A stretch of DNA of 33,334 nt from Promethearchaeota archaeon (GCA_016930515.1 JAFGGO010000104.1:1-33334), one strand, 5' to 3'; shown: positions 18,659 to 28,232, counted from the stretch's first letter. Numbers and translations are program-made. Notes: generated by a model not told the origin, from the sequence alone.

Positions 18659-21373
18659 ATGACTGAATCAAAACAAAACAAGATTAACGAAATAGTATCC
18701 TCGAACCCGGTGTTTCAAAAAGCCATTGCGTCTTCGAACTATTGTTATAATTGCAATCGATGCGTGAATGTGTGTCCTCAAGCGGCCGACGGGAGATTTT
18801 CCCCTCGAAACGTGATTTCCGATTTGACCTTGCTTTCGATAGAGGAAGCCGTAGAAAACACGAATACTTGGCACTGCCTTACGTGCGGATTATGCATGGA
18901 ATATTGTCCCATGTCGCTGAAAAAGGTTGGCGTTGACATTATTGAAATAATCCTTAATTTAAGGACCTTAACAAACGATCTCGGAATAATGCAAGTTCAA
19001 AAAGCGTCCTGTCAGCACGGAAGGTCTTTTTCGAACATTCCGGAGCTTATGGTAGACGACAAGATAGAAATTACCAACAAGCTTGGGTTTTTAGAGGAAA
19101 GTAACGTTAAAATCTCTGATAAGGGAGATGTTGGCTACTTTATGGGGTGCTTGCCCTTTATGGGTGGTATAGCCCCGTGCTCGCAGGCGTGTCCTGCAGG
19201 CCTGGATGTTCAGGGATATGTCGCATTAATAAAAGAAGGAAAATTTCAAGAAGCTCTCGACTTGATACGAGAAAGAAATCCATTTCCCGTCGTATGCGGG
19301 CGAGTTTGCACGCATCCCTGCGAACTTTCGTGTAATAGAAAAGATGTGGACGATCCCGTGGCAATTCGCGCCCTCAAGCGATTCGTGGCGGATTGGGAAA
19401 TGGAAAACAAAAGCACGTCTTCCATAAAACCTATCGAACAGACCAAAGACAAGGTGGCAATCGTTGGCGCCGGTCCAGCGGGACTTACAGCCGCTTATTA
19501 CTTGGCAAGAAAAGGATACAAGCCTACGGTGTTTGAGGAAGGTTCACAAGCAGGTGGCAGGTTGAGGTCGGGAATTCCCGAATACCGCTTGCCCCAAAGT
19601 ACTCTCGATTACGAGATCGATTTTATCAAAAAAATGGGCGTTGATATCCAAACTAACACTTTAATAGGACCAAGTTTGACCTTCGACGACCTTAGAAACC
19701 AAGGCTATAAAGCGTTCTATATATCGGTCGGTCTCGGAAACAGCAGGGAACTGGGCGTGAAAGGAGACGATATAAAAAATGTCTTTTATGGTTTAAAGTT
19801 TTTAGAGGAACAAAGTCTTGGTTTAAAAAAGCACAAGTTTAAGGATAGAGTAGTTGGAATCGTAGGAGGAGGTAATGTGGCTATTGATTCAGCCCGAACT
19901 GCCCTTAGATTAGGTGCTAAAAAGGTAATAGTCATCTACAGGCGCTCCGAAAAGGAAATGCCTGCCCTTGAGGAAGAAATCGAAGCTGCAAAATATGAGA
20001 ATATAGAATTTCAGTTTTTGACCAATCCCTACCAAATTATTAGCGATAAGAAGGGTAGCTGCTCGGAAGTCGAATGCATACGAATGGAACTTGGAGAGCC
20101 CGACGCGTCCGGTCGTCAAAGTCCCGTGGAAATTAAAGGCTCCCAATTTAGGATGAACATTGATGTCCTCATCGCAGCCATCGGTCAGGTACCCGAACTC
20201 ACGCTCTTGAAAGCGGCAGAACCAAGACTAGAAACAAATAAATGGGGCTATGTTGATTACGACGATACCACTTTCGAGACAAAACTTCCCGGCGTTTTTA
20301 TCGGAGGAGACGTATTAGGAGGCAACGGTGTCGCAATAACTGCAATCGCAAATGGCTACGAGGCCGCAGAATCGATAAACCGATACCTCTCTGGAGTTGA
20401 TCTCAAGAAAGGAAGAATCAAGCGTGCTAAATACAAGTTTTCGCCCATCCCTAAAAAAGAAATAAAACCCGTCCCTCGAGAACCGATGAAGGAATTGGAA
20501 TCGAGAGAAAGAGTGAAAAATTTTGACGAGATCGAATTAGGTTTTTCTGAAGAACAAGCAATAAGAGAAGCAAACAGGTGTCTAAATTGCAGTAGTTGCA
20601 GTAGTTGTGATCAATTTGTGGGTATGACTGCTCAAAAGTGTGGCTATGGCTCTAATCCCTCCTTGCTTTATAGCAAGTCCGTGGATTACCTGAACATCCC
20701 AAAAGTCACCATTAGTCTCATGAACCAAAAAGACATCGTTCCGGTGGTGCTCGCAACTGAAAAGTGTTGTGGACACGATCTATATTGGAATGGCGAATTT
20801 GCTGCTTTTGAAAAGCTAGCCAGGCACAACGTAAAGATCTACAAGGACGCAGGCGTGAAAACACTTGTATTTAGCTGCGCCGAGGGATATTGCACTTGGA
20901 AAAATCAGTACAAGAAGCTTTTTGGCAAGGAATTCGATTTTGAAATCTTACATATCACGGAATATATTATAAAAGAGCGTATTTTGGAAGACGTGAGCTT
21001 TCCCGTTCACGACAAGATCACGGTTACATATCACGATCCTTGCAGGCTAGGTCGAATGAGCGGTGTTTACGACGCACCGCGGGACGTGTTTAATTACATC
21101 CCGTTCGTCGAACTCGTGGAGATGAAAAACAACAGGAACTTGTCCTCTTGTTGTGGCGTGTCCGCCTACTTGTCCTGTAATGAAAATTCGAAAACACTTC
21201 AGGGCAAGAGAATAAAAGAAGCAATCGAAACGGGAGCTGATTATTTAATCGTTTCGTGTCCGAAATGTCTCGCTCACCTCAATTGTTACATTGACGAGCA
21301 TCCTGAATTAGCTGAAAAAATCAAGATCAAGGACCTTACGAGCTTTTTAGGAGATTTATTGCTACTCAAATAA
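18659..21373 (+). CDS. Fused HdrC-like 2x[4Fe-4S] / GltD(NfnB)-like FAD-NAD(P)H module / CCG domains (HdrD-like) oxidoreductase
   Basis: Two CxxCxxCxxxCP motifs; APCSQACPAG, CGRVCTHPCE, GAGPAG, GGGNVA, YRRS, EANRCLNC; then CCGH, CAEG, YHDPCRLGR, CCG, CPKC. Confidence 0.92.
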   Translation: MTESKQNKINEIVSSNPVFQKAIASSNYCYNCNRCVNVCPQAADGRFSPRNVISDLTLLSIEEAVENTNTWHCLTCGLCMEYCPMSLKKVGVDIIEIILNLRTLTNDLGIMQVQKASCQHGRSFSNIPELMVDDKIEITNKLGFLEESNVKISDKGDVGYFMGCLPFMGGIAPCSQACPAGLDVQGYVALIKEGKFQEALDLIRERNPFPVVCGRVCTHPCELSCNRKDVDDPVAIRALKRFVADWEMENKSTSSIKPIEQTKDKVAIVGAGPAGLTAAYYLARKGYKPTVFEEGSQAGGRLRSGIPEYRLPQSTLDYEIDFIKKMGVDIQTNTLIGPSLTFDDLRNQGYKAFYISVGLGNSRELGVKGDDIKNVFYGLKFLEEQSLGLKKHKFKDRVVGIVGGGNVAIDSARTALRLGAKKVIVIYRRSEKEMPALEEEIEAAKYENIEFQFLTNPYQIISDKKGSCSEVECIRMELGEPDASGRQSPVEIKGSQFRMNIDVLIAAIGQVPELTLLKAAEPRLETNKWGYVDYDDTTFETKLPGVFIGGDVLGGNGVAITAIANGYEAAESINRYLSGVDLKKGRIKRAKYKFSPIPKKEIKPVPREPMKELESRERVKNFDEIELGFSEEQAIREANRCLNCSSCSSCDQFVGMTAQKCGYGSNPSLLYSKSVDYLNIPKVTISLMNQKDIVPVVLATEKCCGHDLYWNGEFAAFEKLARHNVKIYKDAGVKTLVFSCAEGYCTWKNQYKKLFGKEFDFEILHITEYIIKERILEDVSFPVHDKITVTYHDPCRLGRMSGVYDAPRDVFNYIPFVELVEMKNNRNLSSCCGVSAYLSCNENSKTLQGKRIKEAIETGADYLIVSCPKCLAHLNCYIDEHPELAEKIKIKDLTSFLGDLLLLK

Positions 21374-21908
21374 ACTATAGGATGCAAATATCTACTTTTT
21401 TATTCAATCACTTTTTCTTATCTTTCCTTTTTTGTCCAAATAAAATAGTATTACTAAAAATCTTTTATTTGTTGATATTATTGATTTTCAAAAATTTAAC
21501 TATTAATATCTTAAATTAACGATACGGATTTGACGAAATCTTCCCGTGAATGACTATTAGAACCGATGCATGTTAGGATATTTCTTTCTATCAAGCAAGA
21601 TACAACTTCTTTTTTGTAAATGGGATGTTTCCCGTCGAATCAAGCAATGCTTAACATTTGAAATCTGATATTTTTTTGAAAGAGTTAAACCGTTCTTTTT
21701 CCGTGATGTTTTATCATGTTATTTAACTCAAAACTATTTCTTATTTAGAGTAAATAAATGTGGATCTTTTTTCTTTCATCTATCTTTTTAATGCTTTTTA
21801 GCTTTCCAAATAAACACCATGTAGAAGAAAAAAAAATTAGATTTTAAAAAATAAATCCTGTTAAACGATCGTTTTCAAAAAAAAAATGAAAAAATATACC
21901 TGAGACTT

Positions 21909-22109
21909 TTATACTTGTTTTTCCCGCCATTCGGTTCCGCACAACCCGCACTTGTACTTCTTGCCGTACATTTTTGGGTAGTCGTTTATGACGGTTGCCT
22001 TGTCTATTGATTCGTGGATCTTGTTCTTGTCCTCGTTTTGGCACCTAGGGCACTTGCGACGACCTTCACCCTTCTCAATGGTCATGATGTCGTCAACGTC
22101 TTCTGACAT
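21909..22109 (-). CDS. Stand-alone Zn-ribbon protein, paralog of C-terminal domain of 14490-15296
   Basis: RRKCPRC...DKATVI...MYGKKYKCGLCGTEW. Confidence 0.85.
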   Translation of the reverse strand: MSEDVDDIMTIEKGEGRRKCPRCQNEDKNKIHESIDKATVINDYPKMYGKKYKCGLCGTEWREKQV

Positions 22110-22268
22110 TATTTTATATCAACTCCAAGCCTTATCTTGATAACTTTTTTTTGAGTTAGTTATGTATGGTATAGAATATTCGTTATCAGTTATTAAAATA
22201 ACTTTCTTTTCTTAACTTGATTGGAAAAATTTGAAAGTGAAATTTAAAAATAGTGCTTTTCAGCGATT

Positions 22269-23478
22269 TTAAAAATCATTAATGTGTTCTACTTCTAGCA
22301 TCTTGTTTAATAGTCGTTTTCTTTCGTCGTATCCAAGTCCGAGGATTTCTTCTAAAAATTCTCTTTTGTCTTTTAACGAAAACGACAGCAAGTCTATCTT
22401 GTTCAATTCCTCACCATCGAAAAAACCAAATCCGTACGTTCGAGCCTCTGGAAGCTGTTCGTATCCCAAATCCGAGTCTATATACCTATTATAAATCGGA
22501 TGCGAATTTACGATATCAGCTACGATTTGTTCCGCGGTTTCGTTCAATTTTTCTTTTTTTTGTTGTTTAAGAATTTCTATCTTAAATTCGTTGCCGCACT
22601 CCCAGCACTTTTCTCCCTTTGATTTAAGAGTTTTTGCGCATTTATAGCAATAGATCGTCTGGCAAAATGGACAAATGTAATTCGTACCGTGGATGGGTCC
22701 CCTGTGAACCACGCAAGTGAAAATGGGTTTTTTGACTTCTATTTCAGATTCCTCAATCTTTTGCGCCTTAGGCACTTGTTCAATCGATTTAATGGGTTTT
22801 TCTGCTTCAAATTTTACCTTTTTTGGATCGATTCTTTCCTACGTGCCAAAGACATCAAGAGCACTTAAGAATTTCTTTTTGCGACGCAACCTGACCGAAT
22901 CCTTTTTCTTAACTCGTGAAAAGTAATATATTGATATCGATGCCACCGATACTGCGCTCACGCTTCCAATTATAATGCCAATTGTATATATAGAACCTGC
23001 ATTTAATCCTTCAGAAGTGGTAGTTCTCACATAAATCGCTTCAAAACTAATTCTTTCGTTGTTACTTTCGTTGTCTTCAGTTAAGATGCCGTTCGGATCC
23101 AAGTAAATATTAATTAAATATTTCATTCTATTTCGAAGGAAAGAATCGTAATCTGAGAGATGTATCGAGACTTCGGATTGTTCTCCGGCGTCTAAAGCGA
23201 AAGGATCGTTCGAGTTATTATAAAGTTCCAGTGCTAACGAATCGATTTCGACGAACAATACTACTTCGTTCGAAGCTAAATCGCCCTGATTGACCACGGA
23301 TATTCGAAGCACATTGTTAGAATAATGAACCTCTGATAGAGCAAGATCCGGGAGAGCGGTACGAATTTGTGCGGATCTTCCTCCTGAATTGTTCGAACGC
23401 ATTTCAAAAGAAAGGAGGCTTAACGGAACGTAATAAGAAAGAAGAAATTCCGAAAATACGTTTTTCTCTCGTTTTCAT
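22269..23478 (-). pseudogene. CARDB-TM-RING-like finger-C-terminal helical domain receptor, interrupted by in-frame TAG (22839-22841) and probable 5' frameshift
   Basis: ORFs 22839-23402 and 22269-22775 are in the same frame, separated only by one TAG (..VFGT*ERIDPKK..). ATG 23478 with upstream GGAG gives MKTREKRIFGI, 1 nt out of frame with the body. Confidence 0.75.
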
Positions 23479-23550
23479 TGCTCCTAGGTAGAATACATGT
23501 AATTACTTTTTTAAGTGCTCTACTACTAATTTATAGAAAATTTACGGTCT

Positions 23551-23579
23551 TTTATAAATCACATTGGAACAATTCTGAA
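23551..23579 (-). promoter_or_regulatory. Shared promoter element copy 1 + TATA
   Basis: Coding strand TTCAG-AATT-GTTCCAA-TGTGA-TTTATAAA. Confidence 0.6.
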
Positions 23580-23633
23580 TTTTAGCATTATTATCAATAT
23601 TAAATAAAAAAAAGTAAAAAAAAAAGTATGAGA

Positions 23634-24173
23634 TTAGATATCTGTCCTTCGCTTCTTGAACTTGTAAACAACAACAAACGAGATCGTGCTCACCATACCG
23701 ATTAGTACTATCAGATCATACCCTGGAATTCCACCATCTCCTGGAGGCTCTGGGGAATTCACGAACACATCCACTTCGTTAGTGGTTGCGTTTCCGTATT
23801 GATTTAAGGCCACCACATGGAAATAATATCGACCATATTCGAGTCCGTTAATCATCAACCATCTTACTTGCAACCCACTTACATATTCCACGGTTGTCCA
23901 AGTGATGGTATTCCAAAATCTCATTATTACCGTGTAATTGTCAGCTTCCAACGACTCGGTCCAAGATAACCTAATGTTGCCGTCCGGGTCGGGATCGTCG
24001 GCCTCAACTTCTAGAGAGAAATTTCCCGGTAGTTCCTTCGGTAATTGCACGGTTACAGTAATGAAATTTGACTTTGTTGCATCAAACTCGTTGAAAGCTT
24101 CTACCATGATGCTATAGGGTCTTTCAGGCATTCCAGAGATAAAATACGAGAGATTCGTGAGTCCTGAAACCAC
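23634..24173 (-). CDS. FN3-like surface protein with Loki-CTERM/PGF-CTERM-like sorting signal; 5' truncated
   Basis: LSWTESLEADNYTV..YYFHVVALNQYG FN3 pattern; C-terminal IPGY + TM + KFKKRR; no signal peptide; frame closed by TGA at 24225-24227. Confidence 0.75.
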   Translation of the reverse strand: MVSGLTNLSYFISGMPERPYSIMVEAFNEFDATKSNFITVTVQLPKELPGNFSLEVEADDPDPDGNIRLSWTESLEADNYTVIMRFWNTITWTTVEYVSGLQVRWLMINGLEYGRYYFHVVALNQYGNATTNEVDVFVNSPEPPGDGGIPGYDLIVLIGMVSTISFVVVYKFKKRRTDI

Positions 24174-24457
24174 TAATATATATTGAATAGAACTCTCATT
24201 TAAAAGCGTTTTTATATTAACGTGTCACTCCTCGATACGATGTTCCCTCAATTTAAGATGGATTTGTACTTGATGATAATATTGGTATTTTTTCGAAGCT
24301 TTCGAGTTCAATTTCAATCCATATTGATTTTTAAGTGAGCAATTCTTCAGTCTAGATATCGTAATAAATTATTAAAAAGGTATTGAGGATCATTCGTTTT
24401 AAAAAATCTCACGCATTTCAAATTTTCGCATTACTTTTACCAATTCTTATAGACTAG

Positions 24458-25453
24458 TCGAATTGTATTTCCATTGATGGAATCCCAAGATCAGGAAGTT
24501 GTATTAACTTAAAAATTTCGGCCGATAGCGATGGAGACGGTTTTGACGACGCCGTGGAATCATCCTTGGGAACGGATCCAAACGACAGGTGGAATTATCC
24601 GAAACCTGATTTGAGCGTAACCGATTATCGCGTGAAAGGTAACGTGATTGAACTTGAGATCGCAAATAATGGCATCTGGAACGCAACAAGCGTTTTTATT
24701 ATTATAGAGATTGAATCCTTGGCATTAGAATTATACAACAACTCCGAATCTCTTCTGTATTTCGATGTAAACGAACGACGTGAAGTGCAAGTGGATCTTT
24801 CAGATTTCGACTCGTATCTGATTACCAAGCAGGCCTACCAAGTAAGCGTGCAAGTCGATCCCGAAAATGTTATTAACGAAACAAACGACGATAACAATCA
24901 AATAGTCATCTCAAATGTTATATACGGTAAGACCGTGTATACGGCTCCAGATATCTTGTTTCTCGCCATTGTACTCTTGATTATCGTCGGAATTGTAGCT
25001 GTCGTCTCGTTTACGGCTTTTAAACTGGTAAAAATGGGAAAAAGTCGACAAAAATCAAGCGATAGCACTTTCTTACAATCTTATGCAAGCGAATTTGGCT
25101 TCTCTGAAGGCTCAGAAAGCTTGGTAGATTTTCCAAAAAGCGAAGATTCCCATAAGATGGCATCAACTGCTCATAAGAAGATAAAAGAGGTTGATGCGAA
25201 ACAAGCTCAAGTTCCCACGACGCCATTAACCTCGTCAGAAGAAGATAACAAGGCACTAGAGAAAACCGAAGAAGAAATGGTAATCGAGAAAAATCAATTC
25301 ATGTGCATAGTTCATCGTGGAGCCATTGTCGGAACGGTCTACATCTGCCCTAATTGTCAAGCCGTTTATTGTCAGAAATGCGCCAAAATCTTAAGAGACA
25401 AGGGAGAGAAGTGTTGGTCCTGTAAAAAAGACATAGTCTTAGATTTGGTTTAA
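24458..25453 (+). CDS. TSP3-like repeat-CARDB-TM-RING-like finger protein; 5' truncated (ORF track start 24554)
   Basis: Frame open from 24458; ADSDGDGFDDAVESSLGTDPND Ca-binding-type repeat; PDL..VDPENVINETNDDNN CARDB; one TM; CIVH..CPNC..CQKC..CWSC. Confidence 0.8.
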   Translation, partial: SNCISIDGIPRSGSCINLKISADSDGDGFDDAVESSLGTDPNDRWNYPKPDLSVTDYRVKGNVIELEIANNGIWNATSVFIIIEIESLALELYNNSESLLYFDVNERREVQVDLSDFDSYLITKQAYQVSVQVDPENVINETNDDNNQIVISNVIYGKTVYTAPDILFLAIVLLIIVGIVAVVSFTAFKLVKMGKSRQKSSDSTFLQSYASEFGFSEGSESLVDFPKSEDSHKMASTAHKKIKEVDAKQAQVPTTPLTSSEEDNKALEKTEEEMVIEKNQFMCIVHRGAIVGTVYICPNCQAVYCQKCAKILRDKGEKCWSCKKDIVLDLV

Positions 25454-25524
25454 TACTCAACTAATGTGTTAGTAAACAAATTAAAAAGAATTCTTATTAT
25501 ATTTTGGTCAAGAGATAAGAGAAA

Positions 25525-26154
25525 TTAAGAGGATTTTTTTTTGTCCATTAGTTCTTTCCCGTATTTTTTCGATTGTTCGAGCAATTCGGGATTTGATATG
25601 GCGAACTTGACAATTTGGTCTTTTAAAATTTTATCAAAAAAATTTTTCATGTCTCTATAAGGTTTTTGAATCTCAAAACAGTATAAAAGCTCGAGATCTT
25701 TCGCCTTTTGAATTAATTCCGTCCTGTTAATACGACGATCCGCATCGATATTTTTTCCATCGCTTTTGTTTTTTGCATCAACGCCTACGAGCGTTGAAAA
25801 TCCTTTAAATCCAAATGCAAGAGTAAATTTAATTAATTCTACGGACGAAAATCGATTTTTAGACTCCATATCGTGCACATCCAAGACCAAGATCAACCCA
25901 TCCATTTTATTCACATCCTCGTTGATTAAATCCTCGATGTTTGATGCAACATAAATCCTGATGTTAATGGGGACATTATCGAAAACCATCAAGGCGCGGA
26001 ACGGTCCTTCGTCTCCAGCATTTTCCACCATCGAACCTCTTTGAATGGACGCGTCTTTCAAATATTCCAAGAACAGGTTATTGGACGATTGACTCGAACC
26101 AACAAGTCCTACATCCAAACCAAAACTAATTTTCTTCAATACGATTTTTTCCAA
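25525..26154 (-). CDS. Degenerate Rab/Ras-like small GTPase-fold protein (pseudo-GTPase)
   Basis: Secondary-structure pattern of Rab family (DVGLVG.., INIRIY, DGLILVLDVHDMES, LVG, KAKDLELLYCFE) but no GKT/S, DxxG, NKxD or SAK. Confidence 0.65.
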   Translation of the reverse strand: MEKIVLKKISFGLDVGLVGSSQSSNNLFLEYLKDASIQRGSMVENAGDEGPFRALMVFDNVPINIRIYVASNIEDLINEDVNKMDGLILVLDVHDMESKNRFSSVELIKFTLAFGFKGFSTLVGVDAKNKSDGKNIDADRRINRTELIQKAKDLELLYCFEIQKPYRDMKNFFDKILKDQIVKFAISNPELLEQSKKYGKELMDKKKSS

Positions 26155-26260
26155 ATAATGTTTTTACAAGAAAATAAAGTACGAAACTACATTTATTTCT
26201 TTTTACTCGATCTACTACTATATTAATGGCTTTTAATCTAAAAAAATAATCGTTAAAAAT

Positions 26261-27121
26261 TCATTCTTGGTCGAATTTTCCATCGTCTCGTTTTTTATAC
26301 TGTTTTTCACTCATCTCGAGAAAAAGTAGGTCTCGATCAAGCACGCCGAGCCATAATAATTCCTCGATAAAGCGTCTTTTTTCATTGGCGGGTAAAGATA
26401 AGATGTCCAAATTCTTGAGGTCTTCTTCTCGTAAGAGAGAAAAATAGTAATTCTCGATTTCCAGCATCTCCTCGAGATTTTTATCTGAATTGATGAACTT
26501 CTTGATGATGGGATGGGAATTGATGATGTCCTCAATAATTTGTTCCGTGCTTTTCATATGAGAATCCGGTTCTAGGCCTTGAGAGATGTACACGCGCATT
26601 TCGTGATTACAGGAGCAACATCTCTCTTTGCTAATCATTAATTTTTTTGCACATTCGTCGCAATACATTGCCCTACAGTATGGACATACGAAACTGACGC
26701 CCTTTATTGGGCCTTTATGAATAACGCACATGTAAGGACTTTTCTTTATCTTTTTATCTTCTTCTTCAACGATGCAAGGAGCTATATCTTCAATATTTGA
26801 AAGATATCTTGTTGTATTCAACATTTGATCAAGGGATTTTTTCTGCTTGAAATAATATTGTTTTCTTTGAAGGGTTTTTTCTTGTTTTAAATTTTTTAAT
26901 TTATAGGTTTCAATTCTTTTTTTATGCCATAAATAATACATGGGACCTCCAACGATACCACTCGTGCCCAAGCCTAAAAAAAACATTGTTAGAAAAAGAG
27001 TATCAAATCCTGAAACGGATGTATCAGGCATCGTAATGGATATTGTCAAGAAGACCAACCCAAGAGCAATTAATATCATGATAAAAAAAGCGAACGATGT
27101 TCTCCTCATTATTTCAGACAA
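26261..27121 (-). CDS. 2-TM membrane protein with RING-like finger and C-terminal helical domain
   Basis: Two N-terminal hydrophobic helices; CVIH..CPYC..CDEC..CCSC; EQIIEDIINSHP..EKRRFIEELLWL. Confidence 0.85.
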   Translation of the reverse strand: MSEIMRRTSFAFFIMILIALGLVFLTISITMPDTSVSGFDTLFLTMFFLGLGTSGIVGGPMYYLWHKKRIETYKLKNLKQEKTLQRKQYYFKQKKSLDQMLNTTRYLSNIEDIAPCIVEEEDKKIKKSPYMCVIHKGPIKGVSFVCPYCRAMYCDECAKKLMISKERCCSCNHEMRVYISQGLEPDSHMKSTEQIIEDIINSHPIIKKFINSDKNLEEMLEIENYYFSLLREEDLKNLDILSLPANEKRRFIEELLWLGVLDRDLLFLEMSEKQYKKRDDGKFDQE

Positions 27122-27182
27122 TATCCAAATCTTTAAGTGTGATTTGATGCAATATCCAATAATTAGATAATTCTTTTCGAGT

Positions 27183-27211
27183 ATTTTAAATCTAGTTGGC
27201 AGAAAACTGAA
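27183..27211 (-). promoter_or_regulatory. Shared promoter element copy 2 + TATA
   Basis: Coding strand TTCAG-TTTT-CTGCCAA-CTAGA-TTTAAAAT. Confidence 0.65.
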
Positions 27212-27313
27212 CTTTTTAGGATTAATGAAACAAAAATGTCATGTTTTTAAAGCCCGTAATTATCAATAAGATGTATATCAAAAATAAATTTAAGATAAAT
27301 TTTAACCCATTTC

Positions 27314-28153
27314 CTACGATTTGTCGTAAAGGTGTTGAGTTTTTATCATCTCGTCCAGGATTAAGTCTCGTTCGTCTGGATCGAGCCAGAGTATTTCTTC
27401 CATAAATTTTCGCTTTTCTTCAGTTGACAACGAAAGCGAGTCAATTTTTTTGAAATCCTCCTCTCGCAGCACTGAAAACTCGTATTTTGCGACTTCTGGA
27501 ATTTGTTCGATTTTTACATCCGATTCAGTAAATATCTTGATTAGAGGGTGGGAATTCACGATGTCTCCTGCGATTTGCTCTGCGGACTGTAAGGGTAGCT
27601 CGATTTTATCGGGATCGGAAATGTACACTCGAATTTCGTGGTTACACGACCAACACCTTTCCAAGTTAATCTCTAGTTTTTCAGCACATTCGTTGCAATA
27701 CATGGCCTTGCAGTGAGGACAGATGAAACTCGCTCCTTTTATGGGGCCCTTATGAACGACGCATGTGAAGGGTACCCTTTCCGCATCAATCTGGATTTCT
27801 TCCTCGGGGGTGTTCCTTTCAGGTTCGAAAGTGATTTTCGGTTTTGGAGATCTCTTTTTAGGCGATTTCAACTTTTTAGGAGATGGCTCCTCATATCTTC
27901 GTCGTGTAGGAAATGTATAATTCAGGTATTTCTGCCTTTTCTTGCTGGAGATTCCGCTAAGAGCGTTCTTTTTCTTTGATGCGACATAATAAGTGGAACT
28001 TCCGACAACGGCGCTCACGCTGACAACGGAGGCTACTATCCCAACTATCAAGAACTTGTTGATAAATGCGATTAGGCTGAAGCCTAATAAGCAACCGAAC
28101 AATATTACCAGAGCAAGCGATTTTCTTTTCATAATTTTAACTTTTATACTCAA
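27314..28153 (-). CDS. 2-TM membrane protein with RING-like finger and C-terminal helical domain (tandem paralog)
   Basis: Two hydrophobic helices, K/P/S-rich linker, CVVH..CPHC..CNEC..CWSC, EQIAGDIVNSHP..EEKRKFMEEILWL. Confidence 0.85.
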   Translation of the reverse strand: MSIKVKIMKRKSLALVILFGCLLGFSLIAFINKFLIVGIVASVVSVSAVVGSSTYYVASKKKNALSGISSKKRQKYLNYTFPTRRRYEEPSPKKLKSPKKRSPKPKITFEPERNTPEEEIQIDAERVPFTCVVHKGPIKGASFICPHCKAMYCNECAEKLEINLERCWSCNHEIRVYISDPDKIELPLQSAEQIAGDIVNSHPLIKIFTESDVKIEQIPEVAKYEFSVLREEDFKKIDSLSLSTEEKRKFMEEILWLDPDERDLILDEMIKTQHLYDKS

Positions 28154-28203
28154 ATAATTTTTGATGTGACAATTTTCTTCTAATTAAATATTTGCATTGG
28201 AGT

Positions 28204-28232
28204 TTTTTAAATCTGATTGGCACGAAACTGAA
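28204..28232 (-). promoter_or_regulatory. Shared promoter element copy 3 + TATA
   Basis: Coding strand TTCAG-TTTC-GTGCCAA-TCAGA-TTTAAAAA. Confidence 0.65.

Noticed and set aside
21374-21840. Possible SECIS, ncRNA or small gene downstream of the Hdr-like gene
   Set aside because: The upstream gene has no in-frame TGA, and no convincing stem-loop or coding frame was found by eye.
23564-28232. Eukaryote-like CCAAT or NF1 site within the shared promoter element
   Set aside because: CCAAT occurs in only two of four copies; the resemblance is likely coincidental.
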